From an uncultured delta proteobacterium (GTDB taxonomy: Bacteria > Myxococcota_A > Polyangia > Polyangiales > Polyangiaceae), in contig CAVQUB010000002.1 in NCBI GenBank assembly GCA_963716725.1, positions 320,001-384,000 of the forward strand: a stretch of DNA of 64,000 nt. The letters are read 5' to 3'. The notes beneath the pieces were generated by a model, which was not told the DNA's origin, made no database searches, and was given only the letters and a program-made list of their open reading frames with translations. A program made the translations under genes and the position numbers. Shown one piece after another: positions 32,511 to 40,749 of the stretch. Position 1 is the first letter of the stretch; each line of letters starts with the position of its first letter.

Positions 32511-33843
32511 TAGGCCTGCGACGTCTCGTCAAGGCCACCCCTGCCAGCGCGAAAGCCAAAACCCCGAGTGATCGTGGATTTCTGGCCCGGCCCACGCTCG
32601 AGCAACCGCAGCCGCCGTCGTCGTCCCCGAGGGTCCTCGTGGTCTGACCGCTGCCGCCTACCCCGGTCGCCCCGCTGCCACCCACGCCGCTGCCGCTGCC
32701 GCCGTTGCCGCCGCTGCCGCTGCTGCCACCGGCCGGCGCCCCGCCCGCGCCCGCCGATCCGCCGCCCGCGCCCGCCGCGCCGCCCGCCCCCTCCGCACAG
32801 CTCACGCTCTTGGGGCTCTGGCTAAGCTCGGTCTCGGGCGCTCCCGTCGAGTCGATGCCGACTGCCCAGACGGTGTGCGGCTGCCCGTCGAGCAGCGCCG
32901 CCGGCGCGGTGATCTCGAAGCCGTGCTCGCATGATCCGATCGCCGCGCACAGGTCCGGGCGATGCACGTTCGCCACGGTGGTGATGGGAGTCGCGCCCGC
33001 CGCGCCGGGACCGACGTCGATGTAGACGTCGACCTCGATGGCCTTGGTCGGCGCATCTGGATCGTAGGCCCAGCCGCGGATGGCGGCGCAGTCCGCTTGA
33101 TCCAGGTAGCCCTGGGGCGGTTGGTTCACCGGCTGCACGCAGGGTCCGGTCGCTTGCAAGAGCTTGATGTCCGCGCCGTAGAAGAAGCGCAGGATCTTGT
33201 CGTAGTCGTAGCCGCCCGAGTTCTCGAGGCAGCGTGCGCTCCACTGCCCCATGCAGCCGCGGTTCTGACCGAAGATCGGCTGCGACGGCGGGATGTAGCC
33301 GAGCGCCGTCATCTTGACGCCGGCGCCGGTCTTGCCCTCGTTGTACGTGATCCACTTCTCGGTGCTGGACGCGCCGGAGCCCTTGCAAGCCGGCGGCGGC
33401 GGGTCTTTGTCTCCCGCCACGTAGAAGCCGTAGGTCAGCATGCTGTCGTAGGACAGGTAGATGCCGCTGGTCTCCTTCACCGCCTGAAGGTGCTTGGCCT
33501 GGGGCGCGGCGCCGCAGGTGTAGACCTGGCAGCCCTGGCCGTCGCAGATCTTCCCGCTGGTCGCCATGTTGTAATACGCGACCGATCGCGCCGCGATGGC
33601 CTGGGCCTTCAGCGCCTCGATGTTGGCGCCGCCGTTCTCGCAGGTGATCACGTGGGGCAGGTAGTCGGTCTCGGTGTCTTTGTTCACACCGTTGACGTTG
33701 ATCTGACAGTACGCAGCGGCCAGCGGCGCCTTGACCGCCTCGCGGATCGTGCCGAGGCCCTCGAGGTCGCGATCGTCACCGCAACCCGCTGCCGCGAATG
33801 ACGCGAATGAAACCAAGACGAGGAGCGGGGCGGCGCGGCGCAT
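32494..33843 (-). CDS. SpoIID/LytB-domain lipoprotein with MYXO-CTERM sorting tag
   Basis: Lipobox AAGC; DYLPHVITCE, EALKAQAIAARS, CQVY and YDKILRFFY (SpoIID motifs). Gly/Ser linker, then GGCGC...LGVLAFALAGVALTRRRR. Confidence 0.82.
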   Translation of the reverse strand: MRRAAPLLVLVSFASFAAAGCGDDRDLEGLGTIREAVKAPLAAAYCQINVNGVNKDTETDYLPHVITCENGGANIEALKAQAIAARSVAYYNMATSGKICDGQGCQVYTCGAAPQAKHLQAVKETSGIYLSYDSMLTYGFYVAGDKDPPPPACKGSGASSTEKWITYNEGKTGAGVKMTALGYIPPSQPIFGQNRGCMGQWSARCLENSGGYDYDKILRFFYGADIKLLQATGPCVQPVNQPPQGYLDQADCAAIRGWAYDPDAPTKAIEVDVYIDVGPGAAGATPITTVANVHRPDLCAAIGSCEHGFEITAPAALLDGQPHTVWAVGIDSTGAPETELSQSPKSVSCAEGAGGAAGAGGGSAGAGGAPAGGSSGSGGNGGSGSGVGGSGATGVGGSGQTTRTLGDDDGGCGCSSVGRARNPRSLGVLAFALAGVALTRRRRPRQLVW

Positions 33844-33845
33844 CG

Positions 33846-34097
33846 ATGCGCGAGGTTAGCGCGGGAGGGGGCCGAAGTGCCATGGCCGAGGGCCCCGGAC
33901 CTCACGCACGCGGCGAACTCGCCCTCGCGGTGGACACGACGACGGACAGCTGGGAACCGCTGCCGCTCGATGAATGCTCCCCGGAACCGCGGAGTGATGC
34001 CACCTTCACCGCCTTCGGCGACGGGAAGAGCGCGCTGCTCTGGGGCGGCTTCACGCCTGATTTGGCCGTCGAACAGGGCTGGCTGTTCACGCCCTGA
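33846..34097 (+). pseudogene. Short Kelch-like fragment or small ORF
   Basis: DTTTDSWEPLP...PEPRSDATF...ALLWGG resembles the end of a Kelch beta-propeller but is too short to form one. Confidence 0.3.
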
Positions 34098-34118
34098 CTC
34101 CGCGCTCTCTGCTTGCCC

Positions 34119-34676
34119 TCAGCGCACCAGCTTCGAAACCTGCTTGAAGGCGTCGCCGCTGGCCTGCGCGAGCCAATCGAAGACGATGGTCTCGCTGGTG
34201 GTCCGGACGGCGCCGGCCTTCTCGCAGAGAGCGAGCCCGACCTCGCGATGATCCTCCTGGCGTGACGAGACACCGTCGACCGGTACGTACACCTCGAGGC
34301 CGCGCGCTACGAGATCGCGGACGGTTTGGTACACGCAGACGTGGGTCTCCATGCCGAGGACGACCGCGGCCTTCGCTCCAGTCGCCGTGAGTCGCTCGGC
34401 GAACCCGCTCGCACCGCAGGCGCTGAAGTCCAGCTTCTCGAAGCAGGGCGCCTCCACCGATTTCAACAGCTCTGAGATGGTCGGCAGCGTCGGGCCGAGC
34501 CCCTTGGGGTACTGCTCCGTGGCCAGCACCGGCGCACCGAGCAACCTGGCGGACTCGATCAAGATGCGCGCCGATCGTTCCACGCGCGCCAGCTGCTCCG
34601 GAGGCATGGCCGCTGCGAGACGTTCTTGGATGTCGACGACGATGACGGCGGTGGTCTTGGGGTCGAGGCGCTGCAT
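34119..34676 (-). CDS. Isochorismatase-family (YcaC-related) cysteine hydrolase
   Basis: VIVVDIQERL, TEQYPKGLGPT, EKLDFSAC and GMETHVCVYQT. Confidence 0.93.
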   Translation of the reverse strand: MQRLDPKTTAVIVVDIQERLAAAMPPEQLARVERSARILIESARLLGAPVLATEQYPKGLGPTLPTISELLKSVEAPCFEKLDFSACGASGFAERLTATGAKAAVVLGMETHVCVYQTVRDLVARGLEVYVPVDGVSSRQEDHREVGLALCEKAGAVRTTSETIVFDWLAQASGDAFKQVSKLVR

Positions 34677-34708
34677 GCGGGCTGTCTACCTCGGCTCGGC
34701 CGCGGCTG

Positions 34709-35134
34709 TCAGGTCCAGGCGCCCGCGAGGGCCCTGCGAAGATCCGAGCGCAGCTCGAAGGAGGCAATGGCCCGGCCTTCGGCATCCACGAGCTCGGCGG
34801 AGATGGTGCTCGCTGACGCGAGAAACCCAGCCAGGCCGCGACTTCGTGCCCCGTGGAAGCGGCACCGCGTGCCGTCCGGCAAGCACAGATCGAGGTCGTA
34901 GGCCGCCGCCAGCGGCAGCCAATGATCGAAGGTGATCCGACCGTGCACGGGCTGTGGGTCGAAGAGGCCCCTGGCCTCGAGCGCTCCCTCGACGGCGATG
35001 CTCCGCCCGAGTCCGGGCAACAAGCGCGGGCGTGTGCCGCGGAGCTCGAGGCTCGCCGGCGCAGCGCTGCCGGTCGTTCCAGCGCGCCGGTAGTGACCCA
35101 CCAGCGTCTGCCGGAACGGCTCGAGACCGATCAC
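34709..35134 (-). CDS. Hypothetical protein
   Basis: GTG 35134 overlaps the ferredoxin stop (GTGA); about 141 aa; co-oriented between ferredoxin and isochorismatase. Confidence 0.55.
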   Translation of the reverse strand: MIGLEPFRQTLVGHYRRAGTTGSAAPASLELRGTRPRLLPGLGRSIAVEGALEARGLFDPQPVHGRITFDHWLPLAAAYDLDLCLPDGTRCRFHGARSRGLAGFLASASTISAELVDAEGRAIASFELRSDLRRALAGAWT

Positions 35135-35469
35135 TTGCCCGGCTCTCCGAAGTCGTCGGGGCCGAGCACCAAGCGCTCGACGCGTTCCCCCCGCTCGAGC
35201 GCGTCGACGATCTCTTGCAGATCTTCCTGCTGAACCCGACCGTACATGAAATGATCCGGCTCGACGGCGATGGCTGGCCCCGCCCAGCACGCATCGAGGC
35301 AGCTCGAGGTGCATACGCGCGCCTCGACCTTGGCGAGCCCGCGCTCCTCGACCAGCGCCTTGAGCCGTGCGTGCAGCTCGACCGAGCCGCGGGCGGCGCA
35401 GCAGCCCTTGGGCGTGCCGTCCGGCCGGCGGTTGACGCACACGAACAGGTAGCGCTTGCGATGAGACAT
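35131..35469 (-). CDS. Thioredoxin-like [2Fe-2S] ferredoxin
   Basis: LFVCVNRR...GCCAARG...SSCLDACWAGPAIAVEPDHFMYGRV. Confidence 0.9.
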   Translation of the reverse strand: MSHRKRYLFVCVNRRPDGTPKGCCAARGSVELHARLKALVEERGLAKVEARVCTSSCLDACWAGPAIAVEPDHFMYGRVQQEDLQEIVDALERGERVERLVLGPDDFGEPGK

Positions 35470-35525
35470 GGCCGGACGAGCCTGACGCGCGCGCAGGCTC
35501 CCGGTCAAGCGGGTAGGATGACCGC

Positions 35526-36668
35526 GTGCTGGTGTTCGACGACTTGACGGTGCCGCGGCCCGAGAGCGACACCGCTCGGCGCCTCTTCGGCGAATACTTG
35601 CGGCATGTCGCCCGGCACTTTTTCGCGCTCGGCGCCGCCAGCCCGCCGTTGTCGGAGGTCGTCGCTTTCGCCGGGGACCGACTTCGCAGCGCTCCCGGCG
35701 CGGTCTTCGCGGCGCTCCGCCAGCCCACGGTCAGCGTGCTCGTGCGACTGATCGACGGCGCAGCAACACCGAACGCGACGTGGAACAAGGAGCTGGCAGC
35801 GCTCGTGTTGCTCGAGCTGGCGCTGGCGGGAGAGCTACCGCCGCGTGAGATCGTGATCGACTGCCCATCACTCCTGTGCCTCGCCGGAGCCGGTCGAGCG
35901 CTTGACTTGCCGCCGGGCACTCGGCTGTCCGCTGGGCCATCGGGCGTGCGGTTCGACGGCCGCGACTTCGACCTCGGCATCGACGACGCTGCGGCGCTCG
36001 ACGCCTATCACCCGATCGAGAGCGGCATCGTGCTCGCGACCGTCGACAACAACCCGTTGGCCCACGTCGAGGCTCACCCGGAGAAGGCCGGCAATCGCGT
36101 CGATCTCGGAGAAAGAGGCCCGACGGAGTGGGTCGGATCTCTGTGCGCAGCGCTGAGCATCGTGCGGAGCCGCTTTCCCGAGATGGCCAGGGAGATCGAG
36201 CTCGGAGTCCGCCTCGTGGTGCCCGTCGGCTACTCCGAGGAGCGGCACGACTCCGCTTCCTACTCCGAAGCGGTGGGCACCATCTACTCGTCGCTCCACT
36301 CAGACCCGCTGATCATGGCCGAGGCGTTGGTGCACGAGCACTCGCACGGCAAGCTCAACGCGCTGTCGGCCCTCGCTCCCCTGCTGCACAATCCCGACGG
36401 CGCGTTCCATTCGCCCTTGCGTCCCGATCCGCGGCCGCTCTCGGGAGTGCTGCTCGCCGCCCACGCCCTCGTGTCGATCGCCGCCTTGCACCAGCGCTTG
36501 CGCGCAGCCAAGGACCCGCTGGCGTGCACTCCGCGCGCACAACGGCGCTTCCACGAGGTCGTCGAGCAGGGGCGCGTGGCGACTCAGACCCTGATCGAGG
36601 ACGCGCGGCCAACGCCGGCGGGTGCCGCCCTGTTCGGCGAGCTCGAACGTTGGCTCCGAGCCGATTGA
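35526..36668 (+). CDS. HExxH-motif (aKG-HExxH) putative peptide-modifying enzyme
   Basis: SASYSEAVGTIY...AEALVHEHSHGKLNAL...FHSPLRPDPRPLSGVLLAAHA matches the family signature HExxH...SP[W/L]RxDPRP..G.L. Confidence 0.85.
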   Translation: MLVFDDLTVPRPESDTARRLFGEYLRHVARHFFALGAASPPLSEVVAFAGDRLRSAPGAVFAALRQPTVSVLVRLIDGAATPNATWNKELAALVLLELALAGELPPREIVIDCPSLLCLAGAGRALDLPPGTRLSAGPSGVRFDGRDFDLGIDDAAALDAYHPIESGIVLATVDNNPLAHVEAHPEKAGNRVDLGERGPTEWVGSLCAALSIVRSRFPEMAREIELGVRLVVPVGYSEERHDSASYSEAVGTIYSSLHSDPLIMAEALVHEHSHGKLNALSALAPLLHNPDGAFHSPLRPDPRPLSGVLLAAHALVSIAALHQRLRAAKDPLACTPRAQRRFHEVVEQGRVATQTLIEDARPTPAGAALFGELERWLRAD

Positions 36669-36809
36669 ATTCGCGCTGGCTGCGAACCCATCGCCCTCGA
36701 TCGCGGCTCCAACCGGCGTGAATCGACACCCATGTCCATTGGGTCCGGCGTCGCTTGCGCGGATCGCTGGAGTCGGCGCAAGCGCTGCGCAATTTCGAGG
36801 AGTCCCATC

Positions 36810-38045
36810 GTGAAACACCTGCTGATTCTGGGAGCGGGGACCGCCGGCACCATGATCGCCAACCGGATGGTGAAGAAGCTCCCCCACAAGGAGTGGCAGA
36901 TCACCGTGGTCGACCCCGACGCCACCCACCTGTACCAGCCTGGGCTCTTGTTTTTGCCCTTCGGCAACCACGACGAAGCCGAGTTGGTGCGCGCGCGCGC
37001 CGCGACCCTCGACGACCGGGTGCACTGGAATCGGCAGTCGGTGGTCGAAATCGACACCCAGGCCCGCAGCGTCGGCCTCGATGACAGCACCCGCTTGCCC
37101 TACGACCTGTTGGTGGTCGCCAGCGGCAGTCGCATCCGACCGGATCTCACCGAAGGACTGCTCGGCGACGCCTGGCAGCGCAGCATCTTCGACTTCTACA
37201 CGCTGGACGGCGCGGTGAAGCTCCGGGACGCCTTCGCGCAGTTCCGCGGGGGCCGTGTGGTCATCAACCTGGTGGAGCTGCCCATCAAATGCCCAGTCGC
37301 TCCCCTCGAGTTCGCGTTTCTGGCCGACGAGTTCTTCGAAAAGCAAGGCATTCGCGGCGACGTGGAGCTCACCTACGTCACGCCGCTCGATGGTGCCTTC
37401 ACCAAGCCCATCGCGTCCGCTCGCTTGGACCACTTGCTGGCAGAAAAGAAGGTGAAGGTGGTGACCGAGTTTTCCACGGGCAGCGTGACGGACCACGACC
37501 TCGTGAGCTACGACGAACGTCGCGTCCCCTTCGACCTGCTGGTGACCATCCCGACGCACTCCGGCGCGAACTTCGTCGAGCGCTCGGGGCTCGGCAACGA
37601 ACTCGCGTTCATCCCCACCGACCACCACTCGCTGGTCGCCAAGGGCCTCGACAACGTGTTCGTGGTGGGCGACGCCACCGACGTTCCGGCGTCCAAGGCC
37701 GGATCGGTAGCGCACTTCGAGGCGGAGACCTTGATCGAGAATCTGGAACGCGCCGCCACCGGCCGGGAGCTCGTCTCCACCTTCGACGGGCACGCCAACT
37801 GCTTCGTCGAAACCGGCGGCGGCAAGGCGCTGCTCATCGACTTCAACTACGACGTCGAGCCACTCCCCGGAAAGTACCCGCTCCCGGGCGTTGGCCCCTT
37901 CAGTCTGCTCACTGAGAGCAAGCTGAACCACCAGGGCAAGCTCGCCTTCCGCTGGATCTATTGGAACGGCCTCTTGCCCGGAAAACCCATCCCCGTGCCG
38001 GCACGCATGAGCATGGCCGGCAAAGAACAACCCGACGCCCACTGA
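36810..38045 (+). CDS. sqr: Sulfide:quinone oxidoreductase-family flavoprotein (type III-like)
   Basis: GTG start after RBS GAGGAG; ILGAGTAG, HLYQPG, IKCPVAPLE, GDA...KAGSVAH and ANCFVETG. Confidence 0.85.
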   Translation: MKHLLILGAGTAGTMIANRMVKKLPHKEWQITVVDPDATHLYQPGLLFLPFGNHDEAELVRARAATLDDRVHWNRQSVVEIDTQARSVGLDDSTRLPYDLLVVASGSRIRPDLTEGLLGDAWQRSIFDFYTLDGAVKLRDAFAQFRGGRVVINLVELPIKCPVAPLEFAFLADEFFEKQGIRGDVELTYVTPLDGAFTKPIASARLDHLLAEKKVKVVTEFSTGSVTDHDLVSYDERRVPFDLLVTIPTHSGANFVERSGLGNELAFIPTDHHSLVAKGLDNVFVVGDATDVPASKAGSVAHFEAETLIENLERAATGRELVSTFDGHANCFVETGGGKALLIDFNYDVEPLPGKYPLPGVGPFSLLTESKLNHQGKLAFRWIYWNGLLPGKPIPVPARMSMAGKEQPDAH

Positions 38046-38070
38046 GGGCGAGAACTGGAGAACGACTGAC

Positions 38071-38388
38071 ATGACAACCAAGACCTATGCCGGCGTCAGC
38101 GTCGAGGTCGACGACGGCGGGTTTCTGAAGAACTCCGCCGACTGGAACCCCGAGCTGGCCAAGGCCATCGCGGCGGAGGTCGGCATTCCCGCGCTCACCG
38201 ACAAACACTGGAAGGTGGTCGATTTCGCGCGCCAAGACACCGCTGCACAAGGGCAGTCCCCGGGTCCGCGACGCATCGTGGCCTCCGCGGGCGTGACCAT
38301 GAAGGAGCTCTACGAGCTCTTCCCCAAAGGCCCCGGCAAGCTCATCGCTCGCGTCGCCGGCGTGCCCAAGCCCAAAGCCTGCGTCTGA
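38071..38388 (+). CDS. tusE: TusE/DsrC-family sulfur relay protein (single C-terminal Cys)
   Basis: DDGGFL...W...A.AIA, LTDKHWKVV, LYELFPKGP and AGVPKPKACV. The second DsrC cysteine is absent. Confidence 0.88.
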   Translation: MTTKTYAGVSVEVDDGGFLKNSADWNPELAKAIAAEVGIPALTDKHWKVVDFARQDTAAQGQSPGPRRIVASAGVTMKELYELFPKGPGKLIARVAGVPKPKACV

Positions 38389-38407
38389 GACCGACACGGA
38401 GCTCACC

Positions 38408-38875
38408 ATGGAAAACGGAACCCGAAAGCTCGCCATCATCTGCTCGAAGGGCAGCCTCGACATGGCCTACCCCGGACTCATCTTGGCCAACGCCGCCCGC
38501 ATGGCCGGTCATGACGCCATGATCTTCTTTACCTTCTGGGGCTTGGACATCGTGAACGACAAGAAGGTGGACCACTTGCACATGTCCCCCCTCGGCAATC
38601 CCTCCATGCCCATCCCAGCGATGATCGCCGGGCTGCCGGGCATGGAAGCCCTCGCGACCAAGATGATGGTCAGCGAAATGGACAAACTCGAGATCCCCCG
38701 CGTCCGGGAGTTGCTCGAGAACCTCCACGACGCCGGCGCTGAACTCTACGCCTGTCAAATGGCGATGGATATGTTCAAGCTCGAGAGGACCCAGCTGGTG
38801 CCGCAGGTCAAGGACGTCATCTCGGCGATGGACTTCATCGACAAGACCGAAGGCGCGCAGGTCATCTTCGTGTAG
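38408..38875 (+). CDS. DsrE/DsrF/DrsH-like (DsrE2-type) sulfurtransferase
   Basis: KLAIICSKGSLDMAYPGLILA, FFTFWGL and YACQMAMD. Confidence 0.88.
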   Translation: MENGTRKLAIICSKGSLDMAYPGLILANAARMAGHDAMIFFTFWGLDIVNDKKVDHLHMSPLGNPSMPIPAMIAGLPGMEALATKMMVSEMDKLEIPRVRELLENLHDAGAELYACQMAMDMFKLERTQLVPQVKDVISAMDFIDKTEGAQVIFV

Positions 38876-38955
38876 CGCGCCCCGACCCCAGGGCGATCAT
38901 CGTGGGATCCGCCCGGGAGCTTGCCTCCGGCTGCCAGCGGCACGATGAGGGATTC

Positions 38956-39447
38956 ATGAACGCGCCGAGCACCGACAAACCCAAAGCTGCCGCTGAAGCG
39001 AAACCCACCGGGTCCCGGGCTCGGACCGTCTCCATCGGGCTCGCCGCCGCGGTAGTCGCTCTCGGTGGGGCCTACGGCACCGGCCGCTATCAAGGCATGC
39101 TCACCACCGACGCCGCCAAGAAGCTGGCCGCCGATCACGACGCAGAGAAGAAGCACGCCACCACCGAGCTCGACGCACAGCGGGAGCGAGCCACCCGCCT
39201 GGAGGCGAGGCGGCGGCTGGATCAGGCACTGCGCTCGGTCGATGAACGCAACTTCGGCCTCGCAGAGGGGCACCTCGCCACGGCCAGGGTGCTGCTCGGT
39301 CGTGCCAAGGGCAACGACGCGCTCGACAAGCTCGCCGCCGACATCGGTGAGGCCAAGCTGCCGGCCACAGACAATCTCGCGACGACCCGGCGCAAGCTGC
39401 TGGGCTACCTCGAGACCTTCGACGGCGCCGTGCCGCTCGCCCAGTGA
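38956..39447 (+). CDS. Hypothetical single-TM coiled-coil protein
   Basis: ATG after GAGG; hydrophobic helix followed by a helical body. Confidence 0.6.
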   Translation: MNAPSTDKPKAAAEAKPTGSRARTVSIGLAAAVVALGGAYGTGRYQGMLTTDAAKKLAADHDAEKKHATTELDAQRERATRLEARRRLDQALRSVDERNFGLAEGHLATARVLLGRAKGNDALDKLAADIGEAKLPATDNLATTRRKLLGYLETFDGAVPLAQ

Positions 39448-39453
39448 CGTCGC

Positions 39454-40749
39454 TCAGCCCGCGACGGCGCGCAGCGACTCTTCGACGATGCCGAGGAGTT
39501 CCTCGAGATCCGCGTCCTCGATGTTGATCGGTGGGGCGACGTAGACGACGTTGCCGAGGGGTCGCAGGTAGGCACCGCGGCGCAGCGCCTCGGCGTAGAC
39601 CCTCCAGCCACTGCCCGCGAGGTAGCCCGCGTCGCCGCCGAGATCGAGCGCGCCGATCATGCCGAGGGAGCGCACGCCTTCGACCCCCGCGACGCCGCGC
39701 AATCGGTCGAAGGCCTCGGTGATGCGCCGAGCCTTCGGTACCGCGCGCGCGAGCAGATCTTCGTCGCGATACACGGCGAGCACCTCCCGCGCCACGGCGG
39801 CGCCCAGCGGGTTGCCGCAGTAGGTGTGCCCGTAATAAAAAGCCCGCTCGGGGTCGCCCAGGAATCCCTCGTAGATGCGCTCGCTCACCAGGGTGGCACC
39901 CATCGGCAACATGCCGCCGCTGAAGGCCTTTGCGGTGCACATCAGGTCGGGGCGAACACCCGCGTGCTCGAGGGCCCACATGGGCCCCGTGCGTCCGTAG
40001 CCCGTGAAGACCTCGTCGAGCACGAGGAACACGTCGGCGCGCTCGGCGAGCTCAGCGGCTCGCTTCAGGAGCTCGGGCGAGTACATGCGCATCCCGGCGG
40101 CGCCTTGCACGATGGGCTCGAGCACCACGGCCGCGAGGGAGTCGGCCGAGTCGCGCAGCACGCGCTCGAGCGCGGCGAAGGCCTGCTCGTACCCCGGCGG
40201 CGTGACCGGCACGTGGATGCAGTCGAGCAGGACTCCGGCAAAGGGACGCCGGAACACCTCGACCCCCCCGAGCGCCGCAGCACCGAGAGTATCTCCGTGG
40301 AACGCCCCGCCGAGCGCGACGAAGCGTTTGCGGTCGGGTCGCCCGTTCTGGTGCCAGTACTGAAGAGCGAGCTTGAGCGCGACTTCGACGGCCGTCGAAC
40401 CGTCGTCACTGAAGAAGACGCGAGATGCGCCCTCGGGTGCGACGGCGACGAGCTCCTCGGCCAGGAGCGCCGCGGGCTCGTGGGCGATCCCCGCGAGGGG
40501 CACGTGGCACATGGCCTCCGCCTGCCGTCCGAGCGCCGCGATCAGCCGCGGGTGGCCATGGCCCAGCGCCGCGGTCCACCACGACGAGTTGCCGTCGAGG
40601 AAGCTCCGGCCTTCGGTGTCGAACAATCGCGAGCCCTGCGCCCGAGAGATGCACAAAGGGTCGCTCCCTTCGACGTACTGCCGCATCGGAGTGTAGGGGT
40701 GCCAGACCCGGCGTTTGTCGGCCTGCACGATCCGCTCGCGATCCGTCAC
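39454..40749 (-). CDS. bioA: Adenosylmethionine-8-amino-7-oxononanoate aminotransferase
   Basis: VWHPYTPM, DGNSSWW, FSDDGSTAVEVALK, FHGDTLGA, EPIVQGAAGM, DEVFTGYGRTG, PLP Lys in TAKAFSGG and LRPLGNVVY. Confidence 0.93.
   Translation of the reverse strand: MTDRERIVQADKRRVWHPYTPMRQYVEGSDPLCISRAQGSRLFDTEGRSFLDGNSSWWTAALGHGHPRLIAALGRQAEAMCHVPLAGIAHEPAALLAEELVAVAPEGASRVFFSDDGSTAVEVALKLALQYWHQNGRPDRKRFVALGGAFHGDTLGAAALGGVEVFRRPFAGVLLDCIHVPVTPPGYEQAFAALERVLRDSADSLAAVVLEPIVQGAAGMRMYSPELLKRAAELAERADVFLVLDEVFTGYGRTGPMWALEHAGVRPDLMCTAKAFSGGMLPMGATLVSERIYEGFLGDPERAFYYGHTYCGNPLGAAVAREVLAVYRDEDLLARAVPKARRITEAFDRLRGVAGVEGVRSLGMIGALDLGGDAGYLAGSGWRVYAEALRRGAYLRPLGNVVYVAPPINIEDADLEELLGIVEESLRAVAG

Noticed and set aside
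36774..36790. Sigma-54 promoter for sqr (GG-N10-GC)
   Set aside because: Weak consensus match, and the implied start site would fall within the RBS.
38071..38388. DsrC indicating dissimilatory sulfur metabolism
   Set aside because: The second conserved Cys is absent and no dsrAB or dsrMK genes are present.
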